Positions 40,025 to 51,307 of a DNA stretch of 64,000 nucleotides are shown one piece after another (positions within the stretch are counted from its first letter, which is position 1; each line of letters begins with the position of its first letter). The stretch spans positions 256,001 through 320,000 of the forward strand of contig CAVRBU010000001.1 in the NCBI GenBank assembly GCA_963719315.1. The letters run 5' to 3'. Both the position numbers and the translations under genes were made by a program. A model generated the notes under the pieces. That model worked only from the letters and a program-made list of their open reading frames with translations, did no database searches and was not told the DNA's origin. The stretch is from an uncultured Planctomycetota bacterium (GTDB lineage: Bacteria > Planctomycetota > Planctomycetia > Pirellulales > Lacipirellulaceae).

Positions 40025-43000
40025 ATGAGAAACCCCGCCTATAAGCTCCTATTCGCGATTGTGCTGAGTGCATGCGTCGGTCTTAACGCAGACGCGGCGA
40101 TGCCATCGCTCCCGATTCCCAAAACTCCGGCGGCGCCGGCCGGCGCCAAGTTGCCGCCCAGCGCCTTGCCGCTGCGGTTCGTGCCGCACGAGCACATCGC
40201 CCTCGTCGGCAATTCGCTGGTCGAGCGGATGAATCTGTTCGGCAACTTCGAAGCGCTGCTCCACTCGCGATTCCCGCAGTTGGAATTGGTGGTTCGGAAT
40301 TTCGCCCGGCCTTGTGATGCCGTGGACGATCTTCAGCGGCCCAGCAACTACACGGCCCTCGACGACCCGCTAACGTTGTTCGACCCCGACACGTTTTTGT
40401 GCTTCTTCGGCTTCAACGAGGCGTTCGCCGGCCCCGCAGGCGAGCAGCATTTTCGCGAAGCGTACGGGAAATATCTGGATGAAATGGCTCAGCACTACCC
40501 GCGCGCGGCGGCGCCGCGCCTCGGTTTGTGTTGATGTCGCCGGTCGCCTGGGAGCCCACCGGCAATCCGTTGTGGCCAGACTCCAATACGCGGAACGAAA
40601 GTCTTCGTCGTTACGCCGCAATCATTGCCGATATCGCACACGAGCGGGGGCTGGCATACGTCGATCTCTTCACACCGACCGAGCCGCTGTTTGCGAAACA
40701 AGCCGGCATGCAGTTCACGGTCAACGGTTGCCATTTGAATGAAGCCGGCGATCGGGAAGTCGCCATTGCGCTCGATCGTGCCCTGTTCGGCGAGACGACC
40801 GCCGCAAAAATGGATTCCGACGAATTTCAGAAGCTGCGTGCGGCGGTGAACGACAAGTCGTGGGTACACCTTCAGGACTATCGAATGCTGAACGGTTGGT
40901 ATGTGTACGGCGGACGCCGCACGTGGGACACCGAGACGTTTCCCCGCGAATTTCGCAAGATTCGCGCGATGGCGGCCGTCCGCGATCGCCGGGTTTGGGA
41001 CCTTGCGCAAGGAAAAGACCCCGGGCCGCCGGACGATAGCCAGACCGGCGACTTGTATGTCCCGCCCACTCGTTTCGGCAATCCGACGCAGCATTATTCC
41101 GAACCGGATAAGCTGGAGTATCTTTCGCCGGAAGAATGCGTGAAGACGATGAAAGTGCCGGAAGGCTTCGAAGTCCAGCCATTTGCGAGCGAGAATGAAT
41201 TTCCCGAGCTGGCCAAACCGGATCAAATCAACTTCGATAGCCGTGGCCGGCTGTGGGTCTGTTGCATGCCCACGTATCCACAATGGAAGCCGGGCGACGG
41301 GCGGCCGAACGATCGGCTGCTGATCCTGGAAGACAAAGATCACGACGGCCGCGCCGACAAATGCACGGTTTTCTACGACAAACTCCACTGTCCCACCGGA
41401 TTCGAATTTTGGAACGGCGGCGTGATCGTCGTCGATCAGCCGCGTTATTTGTGGCTCAAAGACACGGACGGCGACGACAAGGCCAACGTCGTGGTGCGAC
41501 TATTTGATGGTTGGGCGAGCGACGATACGCACCACGTGGCCGGCAAATTCGAATACTCGAACGGTGGTTTGCTCCACAATTTGGAAGGCGTTTCGATGAG
41601 CACGACCGTGGAAACGCCCTGGGGCCCGCATCGCACGCACGACGCGCCCGGTTCGCACGTTATCGATCTACGGACGATGAAGATCGGTCACTTCGTAACG
41701 CCCGGCTACGGCAACCCGTGGTGCTACGTTTTCGATTCGTGGGGTCAGGGTTTTGTGGGCGACGGCACGACGGCCCAGCAGCATTGGGATTCGCCGCTGA
41801 GCGGCGCCGAAGTGGCCGGCCGCCGCGGCATGGATCCGGTCTTCAACAATCAAGGCATGCGGCCGTGCGTGGGCAACGAGTTCCTCCTGTCGCGGCAATT
41901 TCCTGAGGACGTACAGGGCCAGTTCACCTATGCCTGCGTGATCAATATGAACGGCATGCCGCGGTTCAACGTTCGCGACCAGTCGGCCGGCTATGTCGGC
42001 GAACGCATCATGTTCCCAGCCGCCGATGGAACCAAGGATGGAAAGCAGTTGCCCGATGACTTGCTGGTCAGCACGGATAAGAACTTCCGCCCGGTCGATC
42101 CGCAAATCGGCCCGGACGGGGCGCTTTGGTTCGGCGACTGGTGCAACGCGCTCATCGGCCACATGCAGTATTCGCAGCGCGATCCAAACCGCGACCACAT
42201 GCGCGGCCGCATCTATCGGCTCGTGTACACGAAACACAAATTGCTCGATCCGGTGACACAGAACGACAAGTCGGAAGCACAACTACTCGATCAGCTTCGC
42301 GAGTACGAGCCGCGCACGCGGTATCGGGCGCGGCGGGAGCTGCGAGATCGTCCGAAAGACGTGGCGTTGGCGGCCATTCGAACATGGGTCTCGGCGCTGG
42401 ACAAGAACGATTCCGAATACGACCGGCTTCGTTGCGAAGCACTCTGGGCGCAGCAATCGCAGCACGCGGTTGACGAAAAGCTGCTCCGCGAGGTCCTCGC
42501 CGCAAAGACATTCAACGCCCGCGCGGCGGCCATGCACGTCGCGGCCGACGAACGCGATTACCTGCCTGGTGCGCTCGATGTGTTGGAGGCCGGCGTTCGC
42601 GATGAGAACCCCCGCGTGCGGTTGGAAGCGATCCGCGGGCTGAGCTTTTTCCAAACGCCGTCCGCCGTCGATGCGGCCCTTGCGGCGCTCAAGTTGCCCA
42701 CCGATTCTTGGATCGACTACACGCTCGAGCACACGCTTGCCGCGCTCGAGCCGCAGTGGAAGGACGCCTACCAATCGGGCAAGCTGGCCGCCGGCGACGA
42801 GCGGGCGAAGAAGTTTATCGATAGCTATATTGCGCGCGGGCGCCGGGGCTCGCCGCTCAAGTTCAAATCAAGAAGTTGATTAAGCCTGAGACGCCGGCGA
42901 AGGTTAGGGAAAAGGCGTACGCCGCGCTCGAAACGATGCACGGCGATCCGAACAACGGCCGCTCCGTATTCACCCGGACGTGCGTTAGTTGCCATAAGAT

Positions 43001-43349
43001 CGGCGATACCGGCTACACGTTTGGGCCCGAACTAAGCGACGTGGGCAAGCGGCTTAAGCGGCATGAAATCGTCGAGTCTATCATTGAGCCGAGCAAAAAA
43101 GTCGATCCCAAATACGTGACGACGACGATCATTACGAACGAAGGCAAGAGTAACGTCGGGTTCATCATCAAGCAGACGAAAGATTCGGTAACGCTCTTGA
43201 TGGCCGAGGGCAAGCAGGCGACAATCGCAACCGAAGACATCGACGAAATGGCCGCCACGAATCAGAGCAGCATGCCGGAGAACTTGGCCAGCACGCTGTC
43301 GCCGGCGGAGTTTCTGGACGTTGTGGAGTTTCTTTCCTCTCGAAAATAA
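40025..43349 (+). CDS. PVC-type heme-binding CxxCH protein (SGNH + beta-propeller dehydrogenase-like + HEAT + cytochrome c); frameshifts near 40508 and 42836
   Basis: ORFs 39887, 40528 and 42876 join into the usual architecture: GNSLVER, NGCHLN, FDSRGRLWV, IGHMQYSQRDPNRD, CVSCH, SSMPENL. Confidence 0.88.
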
Positions 43350-43382
43350 AGGCCGCACGGTAGTTGGGCGGATTCCATCGCA

Positions 43383-45017
43383 ATGCAGAGTTCCAATGGT
43401 GGTCAGTCGGGTTCGAGCGGCAAATGGATGGCGCTCGCCGCCGCGCTGTTGGGCTGGCTGTTCGATGGCTTCGAGATGGGCATGTTTCCACTCGTCGGGC
43501 CGAAAGCGCTCGACGAATTGTTGACGGCCCAAGGTGTCAGCAGCTCTGCCGTGAATGGTTGGTTCGCCGTAATCATGGCGATGTTCTTGATTGGCGCGGC
43601 GACGGGCGGTGTAGTATTCGGCTGGTTGGGCGATCGCATTGGCCGCGTACGGGCGATGTCGCTGAGCATCCTGACCTACGCGATTTTCACTGGGCTGTGT
43701 GGCTTTGCCACACAGGCCTGGCACATCGCGGTGCTGCGATTCCTGGCCTCCCTCGGCATGGGCGGCGAATGGGCGCTCGGTGTCGCCCTCGTGATTGAAT
43801 TATGGTCCGACCGCTCGCGAGCATTTCTGGCGGGGCTCATTGGCGCTGCCGCCAACGTCGGCTATTTGCTCGTCGGTCTGATCAGCCTCTGGCTATTGAA
43901 CTTTATTGGGGTCTTTGGGAACTTGCTTCGCAATATCGGTATGTCGGAGGGCGTAGTTCAAGCGCTGCTTCGCAACGACGGTTGGCGGCTCATGATGATC
44001 GTCGGCGCTTTGCCGGCGCTGCTGGTGTTCTTCATCATGCGATTGGTGCCCGAGTCGCACAAATGGGAAGCCGAGCGCGACAAGGGTGCGACGTTGCACT
44101 GGGCTACGCGCGATTTGCTGGGTGTGTTGCTGGGAGCGATTGGCGCGGCGGCCGTCGTTTTCTTGTGGTCGCCTGTGTTCGAGGAGTTGGCGCATGGAAA
44201 AATAGTGGCCGCGAATGCTGGAGCGAGCGCGCTGCCTGTCTGGGCCAAAGCCATTCGCTTGTCGGGCTCCGCCGCCGGGCTGGCGATCGCGCTGGTGGGC
44301 TTTCTCTATCCTGTCGTGCGTTACCTGGGTCGGGCCGAGATTGCTGGAGACCTCGATGCCGGCGATCGAAGCCGCTGCATTCGACGATTGTTGCTCGGCG
44401 CGTCGTTGGCCGGCGTGGCGTTGTTGGGAACGTGGGGATCGCTGCAATGGGTGGCGAAATGGGCCATCTCGCTCGCGGAATTGCTGCCGGCCGATGGTCG
44501 CCCGTACTTTGCGAAAGAGTACGCAATGATATTTTCGGCGCTCGGCGCGATCGTGGGCACGATCTTGGCCGCCCTTTCCGGCGACTGGCTGGGCCGCCGC
44601 GTGACCTACACGCTCTTGTGCCTCGGTTCATTTGCGTCGCTGGTATTCATGTATCAAGCGAACCATATATATGGCGCGAAATTCTTGTGGTCGGTGTTCG
44701 CGGCGGGCGGCATAACGGCCTCGTTCTATGGTTGGTTTCCGTTGTATCTGCCGGAGTTGTTTCCAACGAGCATTCGCGCCACGAGCCAGGGTTTTGCGTA
44801 TAATTTTGGCCGCGTCATCGCGGCAGTCGGCACGCTGCAAACGGCCGCACTTACGGCCTGGTTCGCCGGCGGCATCGCGCAGGACCGCGTCGCGTTGGAA
44901 GCGTTTCCGAAGGCGGGCGCTTCGTTGGCCGCGATCTATCTCATTGGCGTATTCATCATTTGGCTGGGACCAGAGACAAAGGGCAAGCCGCTGCCCGAGC
45001 GGATGCGGGACATTTGA
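43383..45017 (+). CDS. MFS transporter (SHS/NanT-like)
   Basis: GWLFDGFE, GDRIGRVR, GMGGEW, YLPELFPTSIRATSQGFAYNFGR. Confidence 0.9.
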   Translation: MQSSNGGQSGSSGKWMALAAALLGWLFDGFEMGMFPLVGPKALDELLTAQGVSSSAVNGWFAVIMAMFLIGAATGGVVFGWLGDRIGRVRAMSLSILTYAIFTGLCGFATQAWHIAVLRFLASLGMGGEWALGVALVIELWSDRSRAFLAGLIGAAANVGYLLVGLISLWLLNFIGVFGNLLRNIGMSEGVVQALLRNDGWRLMMIVGALPALLVFFIMRLVPESHKWEAERDKGATLHWATRDLLGVLLGAIGAAAVVFLWSPVFEELAHGKIVAANAGASALPVWAKAIRLSGSAAGLAIALVGFLYPVVRYLGRAEIAGDLDAGDRSRCIRRLLLGASLAGVALLGTWGSLQWVAKWAISLAELLPADGRPYFAKEYAMIFSALGAIVGTILAALSGDWLGRRVTYTLLCLGSFASLVFMYQANHIYGAKFLWSVFAAGGITASFYGWFPLYLPELFPTSIRATSQGFAYNFGRVIAAVGTLQTAALTAWFAGGIAQDRVALEAFPKAGASLAAIYLIGVFIIWLGPETKGKPLPERMRDI

Positions 45018-45125
45018 AGTCGAGAGTGCATCGTCAAACTCTTGCGTCTGGTGGGCGAAGAACGCGGCAGCAGTTAACAAGTTCGCCCCGCAAGCCACCC
45101 GAGTGAAAACGGGCAAGGAATTCAT

Positions 45126-48100
45126 TTACTTGCCAGCGGTGTTTTTCAAGAACACCACAAGGTCGGCCAACTCTTGCGGTGTCAATTGTTTGTCGAGGCC
45201 GGCCGGCATGATGGAAACTCGGCTCGGCTGCATCTGATCGACCTCGGCCCGCGGCACGCGCACGGTTTGATCGGGGCCGGTCGCGACCACGTACTCTTCG
45301 GTAGATTCGTCGCGAATGACGCCATTGATCGATTTTCCGTCTGCGGTGACGATCAGCATCGGTTCGTAACTGCGAACGAAACTCAGGCTCGGGAACAGGA
45401 TCGATTCGAGCAGGTCGCGTTCGGTACGAGTCTGGCCGACGTGTGTCAGCTCCGGTCCGGTCGTGCCGCCGCCATAACCGAGGCGATGGCACGATGAGCA
45501 GGCGGCCTTTGCGCTATAAAACACGGCATGGCCGCGGCGGACGTCTCCCTTGGCGAGCAGCGGCAATAGCTCTTCGATGCGTTCGCGCTGCGCGGCGGCG
45601 TCGACATTGACCAGCGATTCGATTTGCGCGATCGCCTGCTGCACGCTGGGGCCATATTTGGCCAGCGCTTTGCGCAGCAGATCGATCCGCACGGAAGACG
45701 CCGCCGCCGATTCCTTGAGCGATGCGATCAGCTTCAAACCCAATTGCTCATCGTTAGACCGTTCGAACGGTTGGAACAACCGGTTCAATTCCAACGGCCC
45801 CGCCGCATGAACGGCGTCGCACAGGCGATCGAGTTGGGACGTGCTCAAATGCGACTTATTGATCGCGTCGGCAGCGGCCGACCGCAACGATACCGCGCCG
45901 TCGTTCGAAAGCGCCTGCTCCAACAATAGGAACTGCGCGTCGCTTAGTTCGCCGACGTGGTCGGCAATAATGGATAGCGCTTCGACTCGAAGGTCGATGG
46001 GGAAATGTGGCGAATCGGCGATATTGGCCAACGACTGTGTTAGGTCGGCGTTGGCAGCGGCCTTGGGCGGAAATGTACGGGCGACTGCGATCGCGAGCGG
46101 CAATAGCGCGGGATCGGAGTCGTGGATGAGCTTGGTTTGGGCGGCGATCCACGAAGGAGGCGGTTGATGCAACTTCGCTTGAACCATTACGCGTAGGGCC
46201 AAAGCCCGCGCGTTGGGCGAAGAGTCGTGCGTCGTCGCGGCATCGGCCAATAGTCGTTCCACGGGCGGCTGGGAGCTGAACGCAACGAGCAACGTTTCAA
46301 GATTCGCCGCTGCCGTGCGGGCATCCTCACTTGAATTTCCGTTGGGCGCCAACTTCAACTGCGACTTCAACCATTCCGATAGTTCGCCGCCCCAGTCGGG
46401 ATGTTGCAAGATGACCCAGCGAGCAGTCTGGCGCAACGTGTCGTCGGCGGCGCCTAAATGCGGCATCACATCGGCGGGTTTGAGATCTCCGCCCGACATT
46501 TGATCGAGCGCAATGAGCGCGGCGGCGACCGTTTTGGGCGCTTTCGCAGTGAGCCCCTTGCGCGTCGCCCGCGGGTTGGCCAATTCGATAAGTGCGTAGA
46601 TGATGGAGTGCTGGAGCACGCGATCATCGGCCTTTTCGGCCGCTTCGAGCAGGAGCGGTATATCAAGTCGTTCGCCGAGGCGCCCAAATACTTCGGCAAG
46701 CACGCGGCGGATCGCTGGTGAGGGATCGTTCAATGCATGGACCATCAGCGCATGTTCCAAAATATGCGGATCACGATTCAGGCTAACTACTTGGAGAACG
46801 GCATGCCGGATATGCTCGCTCTCCGTTGAGAAAAACTCGTGCAGTAATAGCCGCGATTCCGGGCTTTCGATCTGTGCCAGCGTCCAGATGCGTGCTAGAG
46901 CATCAATCTCCGCTTTGGAATTGGTTCCGCCGACGGTTGCCGAAACTTCCGGGTGACGACTGCGAAGGAAATCCCGCATGTCGGGCGAATTACCGCGACG
47001 CAGGAACTCGCGGCTGGCTCGCAGGCGCACGGCTTGCCGATTGTCGGCATGAAGGGCCCAAAGCTGTTCGAGGGTTAGATGTGGCCAATCTATTTTCCGG
47101 CCGCGCGGGTCGGCGAGCGATTTCGCGCCAACCTTGCGCACGCGGTAAATGCCGCCCAGCACGTCGGGCTTCCAGAGTTGCGACGTGGGGCAACAGAGCT
47201 TGTACCAACCGCCGGTGTCGATGACGAGCAGGCTGCCATCGGCGTCCACTTGCACGTCGGTTGGGTGGAAATCGACATTGTCGGACGAAACGAAATCGCT
47301 ATCTTCGCTTGTGAAGGTGCTGCCGGCCGGCTTTAAAATGTGTCGCGAGACTTTACGGAGGTTGAACTGACAAAGAAAGAAATTATCGCGATAATCGGCG
47401 CCGAAGACGTCGGAGTCATAGCGCTCCAAGCCGCATGGGGCGGCCGGGCTCATAAGGTCGAAGACAGGCATGAGTTCGCCGGTGCGCGGGTGGCCGGCAA
47501 GCGCACCATTTTCCTTGCCGTAAACGCCGCCGTAGATGGCGTGCGCCAAACCATCGCGCCGGGGATTGCTGGCGAAAAACGTCCCGGAAAGGATGCGTTC
47601 GCCATCGGGCGTGAAGGCCACGTCGACCGGATTATCCATTCCGCTCGTGAACACAGGTTCCAAGCCGGCGCCATCGGGGCGGCAGCGAAAGATGTGGGCC
47701 GCTTTGGTTTTCCACTCATGTCCGTTGATCGTGTGCGTTTGTTCGGCGAATGCCCCTTTGCACCAGTAAATCCAGCCATCCGGACCAGCGAAGGGGCCGT
47801 GTAAATCGTTCGCGCAGCCGGTGAGCGTTTTGCCCTGAAACCACTCGACGCGCTCGTCGGCGACGCCGTCGCCATCGCGGTCGGTTAGTTTCCAGATGCT
47901 AGGCGCGGCCGAGACGTACAACGAGCCGTCGAAAAACATCGCGCCTTCGGGGAACATCATGTGGTCGGCGAATACCGTGCGGCGGTCGAATTTGCCGTCG
48001 CCATCGGTGTCTTCCAGCCGCACGATGCGATGCGGTTTATCTTCCAACTGCTTCTGGACCGGGTCGTTCGAACCGGAGGATTCGGCGACGTAGAGCCGGC

Positions 48101-48287
48101 CTTCGTCATCGAACGCAGCGACGATCGGCCGTTCCACCAACGGCGGCCCGGCGGCCAGGTCGATCGAGAAGCCGTCTGGGACTTTCAGCGACGGCAACGG
48201 CGACGGCGCCTCCTGGACTGCGTCGCAGCAGTCAGCGGTAATGAGCGCGACAATTGTCGCGAGACAACGTGCAACGCGACTTATCAT
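45126..48287 (-). CDS. PVC-type heme-binding CxxCH protein (propeller + HEAT + cytochrome c)
   Basis: Signal peptide; FDDEGRLYV, DTDGDGKFD, DFHPTDV, DTGGWYKLCCPTS, CSSCH, SIMPAGL. Confidence 0.9.
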   Translation of the reverse strand: MISRVARCLATIVALITADCCDAVQEAPSPLPSLKVPDGFSIDLAAGPPLVERPIVAAFDDEGRLYVAESSGSNDPVQKQLEDKPHRIVRLEDTDGDGKFDRRTVFADHMMFPEGAMFFDGSLYVSAAPSIWKLTDRDGDGVADERVEWFQGKTLTGCANDLHGPFAGPDGWIYWCKGAFAEQTHTINGHEWKTKAAHIFRCRPDGAGLEPVFTSGMDNPVDVAFTPDGERILSGTFFASNPRRDGLAHAIYGGVYGKENGALAGHPRTGELMPVFDLMSPAAPCGLERYDSDVFGADYRDNFFLCQFNLRKVSRHILKPAGSTFTSEDSDFVSSDNVDFHPTDVQVDADGSLLVIDTGGWYKLCCPTSQLWKPDVLGGIYRVRKVGAKSLADPRGRKIDWPHLTLEQLWALHADNRQAVRLRASREFLRRGNSPDMRDFLRSRHPEVSATVGGTNSKAEIDALARIWTLAQIESPESRLLLHEFFSTESEHIRHAVLQVVSLNRDPHILEHALMVHALNDPSPAIRRVLAEVFGRLGERLDIPLLLEAAEKADDRVLQHSIIYALIELANPRATRKGLTAKAPKTVAAALIALDQMSGGDLKPADVMPHLGAADDTLRQTARWVILQHPDWGGELSEWLKSQLKLAPNGNSSEDARTAAANLETLLVAFSSQPPVERLLADAATTHDSSPNARALALRVMVQAKLHQPPPSWIAAQTKLIHDSDPALLPLAIAVARTFPPKAAANADLTQSLANIADSPHFPIDLRVEALSIIADHVGELSDAQFLLLEQALSNDGAVSLRSAAADAINKSHLSTSQLDRLCDAVHAAGPLELNRLFQPFERSNDEQLGLKLIASLKESAAASSVRIDLLRKALAKYGPSVQQAIAQIESLVNVDAAAQRERIEELLPLLAKGDVRRGHAVFYSAKAACSSCHRLGYGGGTTGPELTHVGQTRTERDLLESILFPSLSFVRSYEPMLIVTADGKSINGVIRDESTEEYVVATGPDQTVRVPRAEVDQMQPSRVSIMPAGLDKQLTPQELADLVVFLKNTAGK

Positions 48288-48400
48288 GCCGCAGACTCCA
48301 ACGATGCTTAACGAAGGGCGTCGTTCGAGTATACCGCAAGCCAGACGATTTTTCAGCCCCCCCCCGCAGTGTCGTCCGTTCGCGGATCGGGCGGTCTACA

Positions 48401-49822
48401 CTATTTCACATTGGCCGCTTCGAGCGTGACGTTGTGTTGCTTGGCGTTGCGGCCCTGGTGTTGGACGATCTCGTACAGCAGGTCTTTCTTGGCGCCAGGC
48501 GTGACTTCCGCGGTGAATTGAGCCGTCTGGAAGTCGAACTGGGTCGGCTCAAGCTGGCTGCGGAAGAGAACGTGCCCGTCGAAGCTGCGGCGGATTTCAA
48601 CGTCGATCGGTTTCGATGTGTAGTTGCGGATTTGTTGGCGGTAGAGGCTGTGGTCGTCCCAGCCGACGACGCTCATGTTGGGCTCGGTGATCGCGGCATC
48701 GCCGCCGACTTCCTTGAATGTGTTGGTGCCGTGGACCTGCATCCAGATATGATCGCGCAATGCCCGCATTTTGGTGAGATTGAACACGACTTCGGGATCG
48801 GGTCCCAGGTTGAGCTCGATCTTGTCGCCGATGGGAATGTACTTGATGTTCTGTTGCGTAAGGTAGGAGAGGCCGTCGCGGCCGTTGTTGCGGAAGACGC
48901 GGACCATGCCGTCGGGCAAGGGCGTGGTGCCGAGCTTCGACTCGGTGTTGTTGGTCATCAGATACATCCGCACCAATTGGTCGCCGTACTCCTTGGGGCG
49001 ATAGCGATACTGAATCTTGAGCGGCACGGAGTTGCCTTCGAAGCTCCGCATCCGCTTGGACCAGCCGTTGGGGATCGTTTCAGTGCCTTCCACCGTGTAG
49101 ATGAAGTATTCGCTCAGGCCTTCTTTGATGATCGCCTTTTCTTTAGCGGCATCCAGCGACCCGGACGAACTTTCCCCGCCAGCGCGGCCGCCTAGCGCCA
49201 TGCCAAACGCTTGGCCGCGAAATTCGTGAAACGCCCCGTCGGAAAGTTGCCCGACCTCGCTCATCGGAACCTTAGCCAACTGGGCAATTTTTTCGACGAG
49301 ATTAATCGTTCCGACAACGAGTCGGACCTGGGCGTTCTCGTATTCCTCGCCGCTGTTGTTGGTGACGCGGACGAAGCCGTCGATGTTGAGTGTGCTCTCG
49401 TCCTTGTCGGCGATCGCGATGTAATCGGCGCTCCAGGTGATGCCGCTGGTGAAGTACGTGATCTGGATCGTGGCTTCGCCGTCGAGTTCACTCTTCACGT
49501 TCCAATACAGCATCTGCGGCTTGTCGTGCGGAAATGTCGTGTCTTCGACAACCAACTGATCGGCGGAGGTGAGAAACTTCAATTCGACTGAGGATGGATC
49601 GATAAGTGTGTTGGCCCACGAAAATTGCAACGGATTCGCGCCCTTCTTGAACGTGACGACGCGTGTCTCGCGGACGAGCGTGATATCTTCGCTGTTGTAG
49701 ATCGTGAGTTGCACGGTGTCGCGTTTGGGGACCGTCGATAGATCGACGTTCTCTGCGCGGGCAACCTGGCAAACGATCAAAGCGAGGACCAATACTAGGA
49801 TTTTACGCATGACGTTTTGCAT
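48401..49822 (-). CDS. Secreted DUF4139-domain protein, paralog A
   Basis: Signal peptide; VQLTIYNSEDITLVRETR, GITWSADY, NNSGEEYENAQVRLVVG, PLPDGMVRVF. Confidence 0.85.
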   Translation of the reverse strand: MQNVMRKILVLVLALIVCQVARAENVDLSTVPKRDTVQLTIYNSEDITLVRETRVVTFKKGANPLQFSWANTLIDPSSVELKFLTSADQLVVEDTTFPHDKPQMLYWNVKSELDGEATIQITYFTSGITWSADYIAIADKDESTLNIDGFVRVTNNSGEEYENAQVRLVVGTINLVEKIAQLAKVPMSEVGQLSDGAFHEFRGQAFGMALGGRAGGESSSGSLDAAKEKAIIKEGLSEYFIYTVEGTETIPNGWSKRMRSFEGNSVPLKIQYRYRPKEYGDQLVRMYLMTNNTESKLGTTPLPDGMVRVFRNNGRDGLSYLTQQNIKYIPIGDKIELNLGPDPEVVFNLTKMRALRDHIWMQVHGTNTFKEVGGDAAITEPNMSVVGWDDHSLYRQQIRNYTSKPIDVEIRRSFDGHVLFRSQLEPTQFDFQTAQFTAEVTPGAKKDLLYEIVQHQGRNAKQHNVTLEAANVK

Positions 49823-49834
49823 CGTGGCGATGCA

Positions 49835-49866
49835 CCCTTACCCTGCCCTCTCCCGGAGGGAGGGAG
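49835..49866 (+). repeat. CCCTCACCC-type REP-like element between the paralogs
   Basis: CCCTTACCCTGCCCTCTCCCGGAGGGAGGGAG. Confidence 0.6.
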
Positions 49867-49878
49867 TTCTAGGAATCA

Positions 49879-51303
49879 CTATTTCACATTGGCCGCTTCG
49901 AGCGTGACGTTGTGTTGCTTGGCGTTGCGGCCCTGGTGTTGGACGATCTCGTACAGCAGGTCTTTCTTGGCGCCAGGCGTGACTTCCGCGGTGAATTGAG
50001 CCGTCTGGAAGTCGAACTGGGTCGGCTCAAGCTGGCTGCGGAAGAGAACGTGCCCGTCGAAGCTGCGGCGGATTTCAACGTCGATCGGTTTCGATGTGTA
50101 GTTGCGGATTTGTTGGCGGTAGAGGCTGTGGTCGTCCCAGCCGACGACGCTCATGTTGGGCTCGGTGATCGCGGCATCGCCGCCGACTTCCTTGAATGTG
50201 TTGGTGCCGTGGACCTGCATCCAGATATGATCGCGCAATGCCCGCATTTTGGTGAGATTGAACACGACTTCGGGATCGGGTCCCAGGTTGAGCTCGATCT
50301 TGTCGCCGATGGGAATGTACTTGATGTTCTGTTGCGTAAGGTAGGAGAGGCCGTCGCGGCCGTTGTTGCGGAAGACGCGGACCATGCCGTCGGGCAAGGG
50401 CGTGGTGCCGAGCTTCGACTCGGTGTTGTTGGTCATCAGATACATCCGCACCAATTGGTCGCCGTACTCCTTGGGGCGATAGCGATACTGAATCTTGAGC
50501 GGCACGGAGTTGCCTTCGAAGCTCCGCATCCGCTTGGACCAGCCGTTGGGGATCGTTTCAGTGCCTTCCACCGTGTAGATGAAGTATTCGCTCAGGCCTT
50601 CTTTGATGATCGCCTTTTCTTCCATCGGTGCTGGCTCCGCGGCCGGCACCCCAGCAACACGTGAAAAGCGGTCCATGGCCTTCGCGGCAACATCGCGGCG
50701 CAAGCGGCCCAGGTTTTCCTTTTCCAACTTGTTTACTTCGTCCATTGGCACATTTGCCAACTGGGCGATTTTCTCGACCAAGTTGATCGTACCGACGACG
50801 AGTCGGACTTGGGCGTCTTCGTATTCCTCGCCGCTGTTGTTGGTGACGCGGACGAAGCCATCGATGTTGAGTGTGCTCTCGTCGTTGTCGGCGATCGCGA
50901 TGTAATCGGCGCTCCAGGTGATGCCGCTCGTGAAGTACGTGATCTGGATCGTGGCCTCGCCGTCGAGCGCGCTTTTCACGTTCCAGTAGAGCATCTGCCG
51001 TTTGTCGTGCGGGAAGGTCGTATCGAGCACATCGAGCTTATCCGCCGACGTGAGGAACTTTAGCTCGACCGACGACGGGTCGATAAGCGTGTTGGCCCAC
51101 GAGAATTGCAACGGATTCGCGCCCTTCTTAAACGTGACGACGCGTGTCTCGCGGACGAGCGTGATATCTTCGCTGTTGTAGATCGTGAGCTGGACGGTAT
51201 CGCGCTTGGGAACGGTCGATAGATCGACGTTCTCCGACCGGGCCGATTCGCAGGCGGTGATCGCCGCTATTATTCCGACCAAGTAGCGTGAGAGAGTTTT
51301 CAT
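49879..51303 (-). CDS. Secreted DUF4139-domain protein, paralog B
   Basis: Same motifs as paralog A, with a different signal peptide and central loop. Confidence 0.85.
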   Translation of the reverse strand: MKTLSRYLVGIIAAITACESARSENVDLSTVPKRDTVQLTIYNSEDITLVRETRVVTFKKGANPLQFSWANTLIDPSSVELKFLTSADKLDVLDTTFPHDKRQMLYWNVKSALDGEATIQITYFTSGITWSADYIAIADNDESTLNIDGFVRVTNNSGEEYEDAQVRLVVGTINLVEKIAQLANVPMDEVNKLEKENLGRLRRDVAAKAMDRFSRVAGVPAAEPAPMEEKAIIKEGLSEYFIYTVEGTETIPNGWSKRMRSFEGNSVPLKIQYRYRPKEYGDQLVRMYLMTNNTESKLGTTPLPDGMVRVFRNNGRDGLSYLTQQNIKYIPIGDKIELNLGPDPEVVFNLTKMRALRDHIWMQVHGTNTFKEVGGDAAITEPNMSVVGWDDHSLYRQQIRNYTSKPIDVEIRRSFDGHVLFRSQLEPTQFDFQTAQFTAEVTPGAKKDLLYEIVQHQGRNAKQHNVTLEAANVK

Positions 51304-51307
51304 CGGA

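Larger units (their letters stand above)
48399..50621. repeat. 745-bp direct repeat: 48399-49143 and 49877-50621
   Basis: Identical by eye; sense and antisense translations also match between copies; covers the 3' halves of two DUF4139 genes. Confidence 0.92.

Noticed and set aside
48399..50621. DGR template/variable repeat pair
   Set aside because: The repeats are identical rather than differing at adenines, both are coding, and no reverse transcriptase is present.
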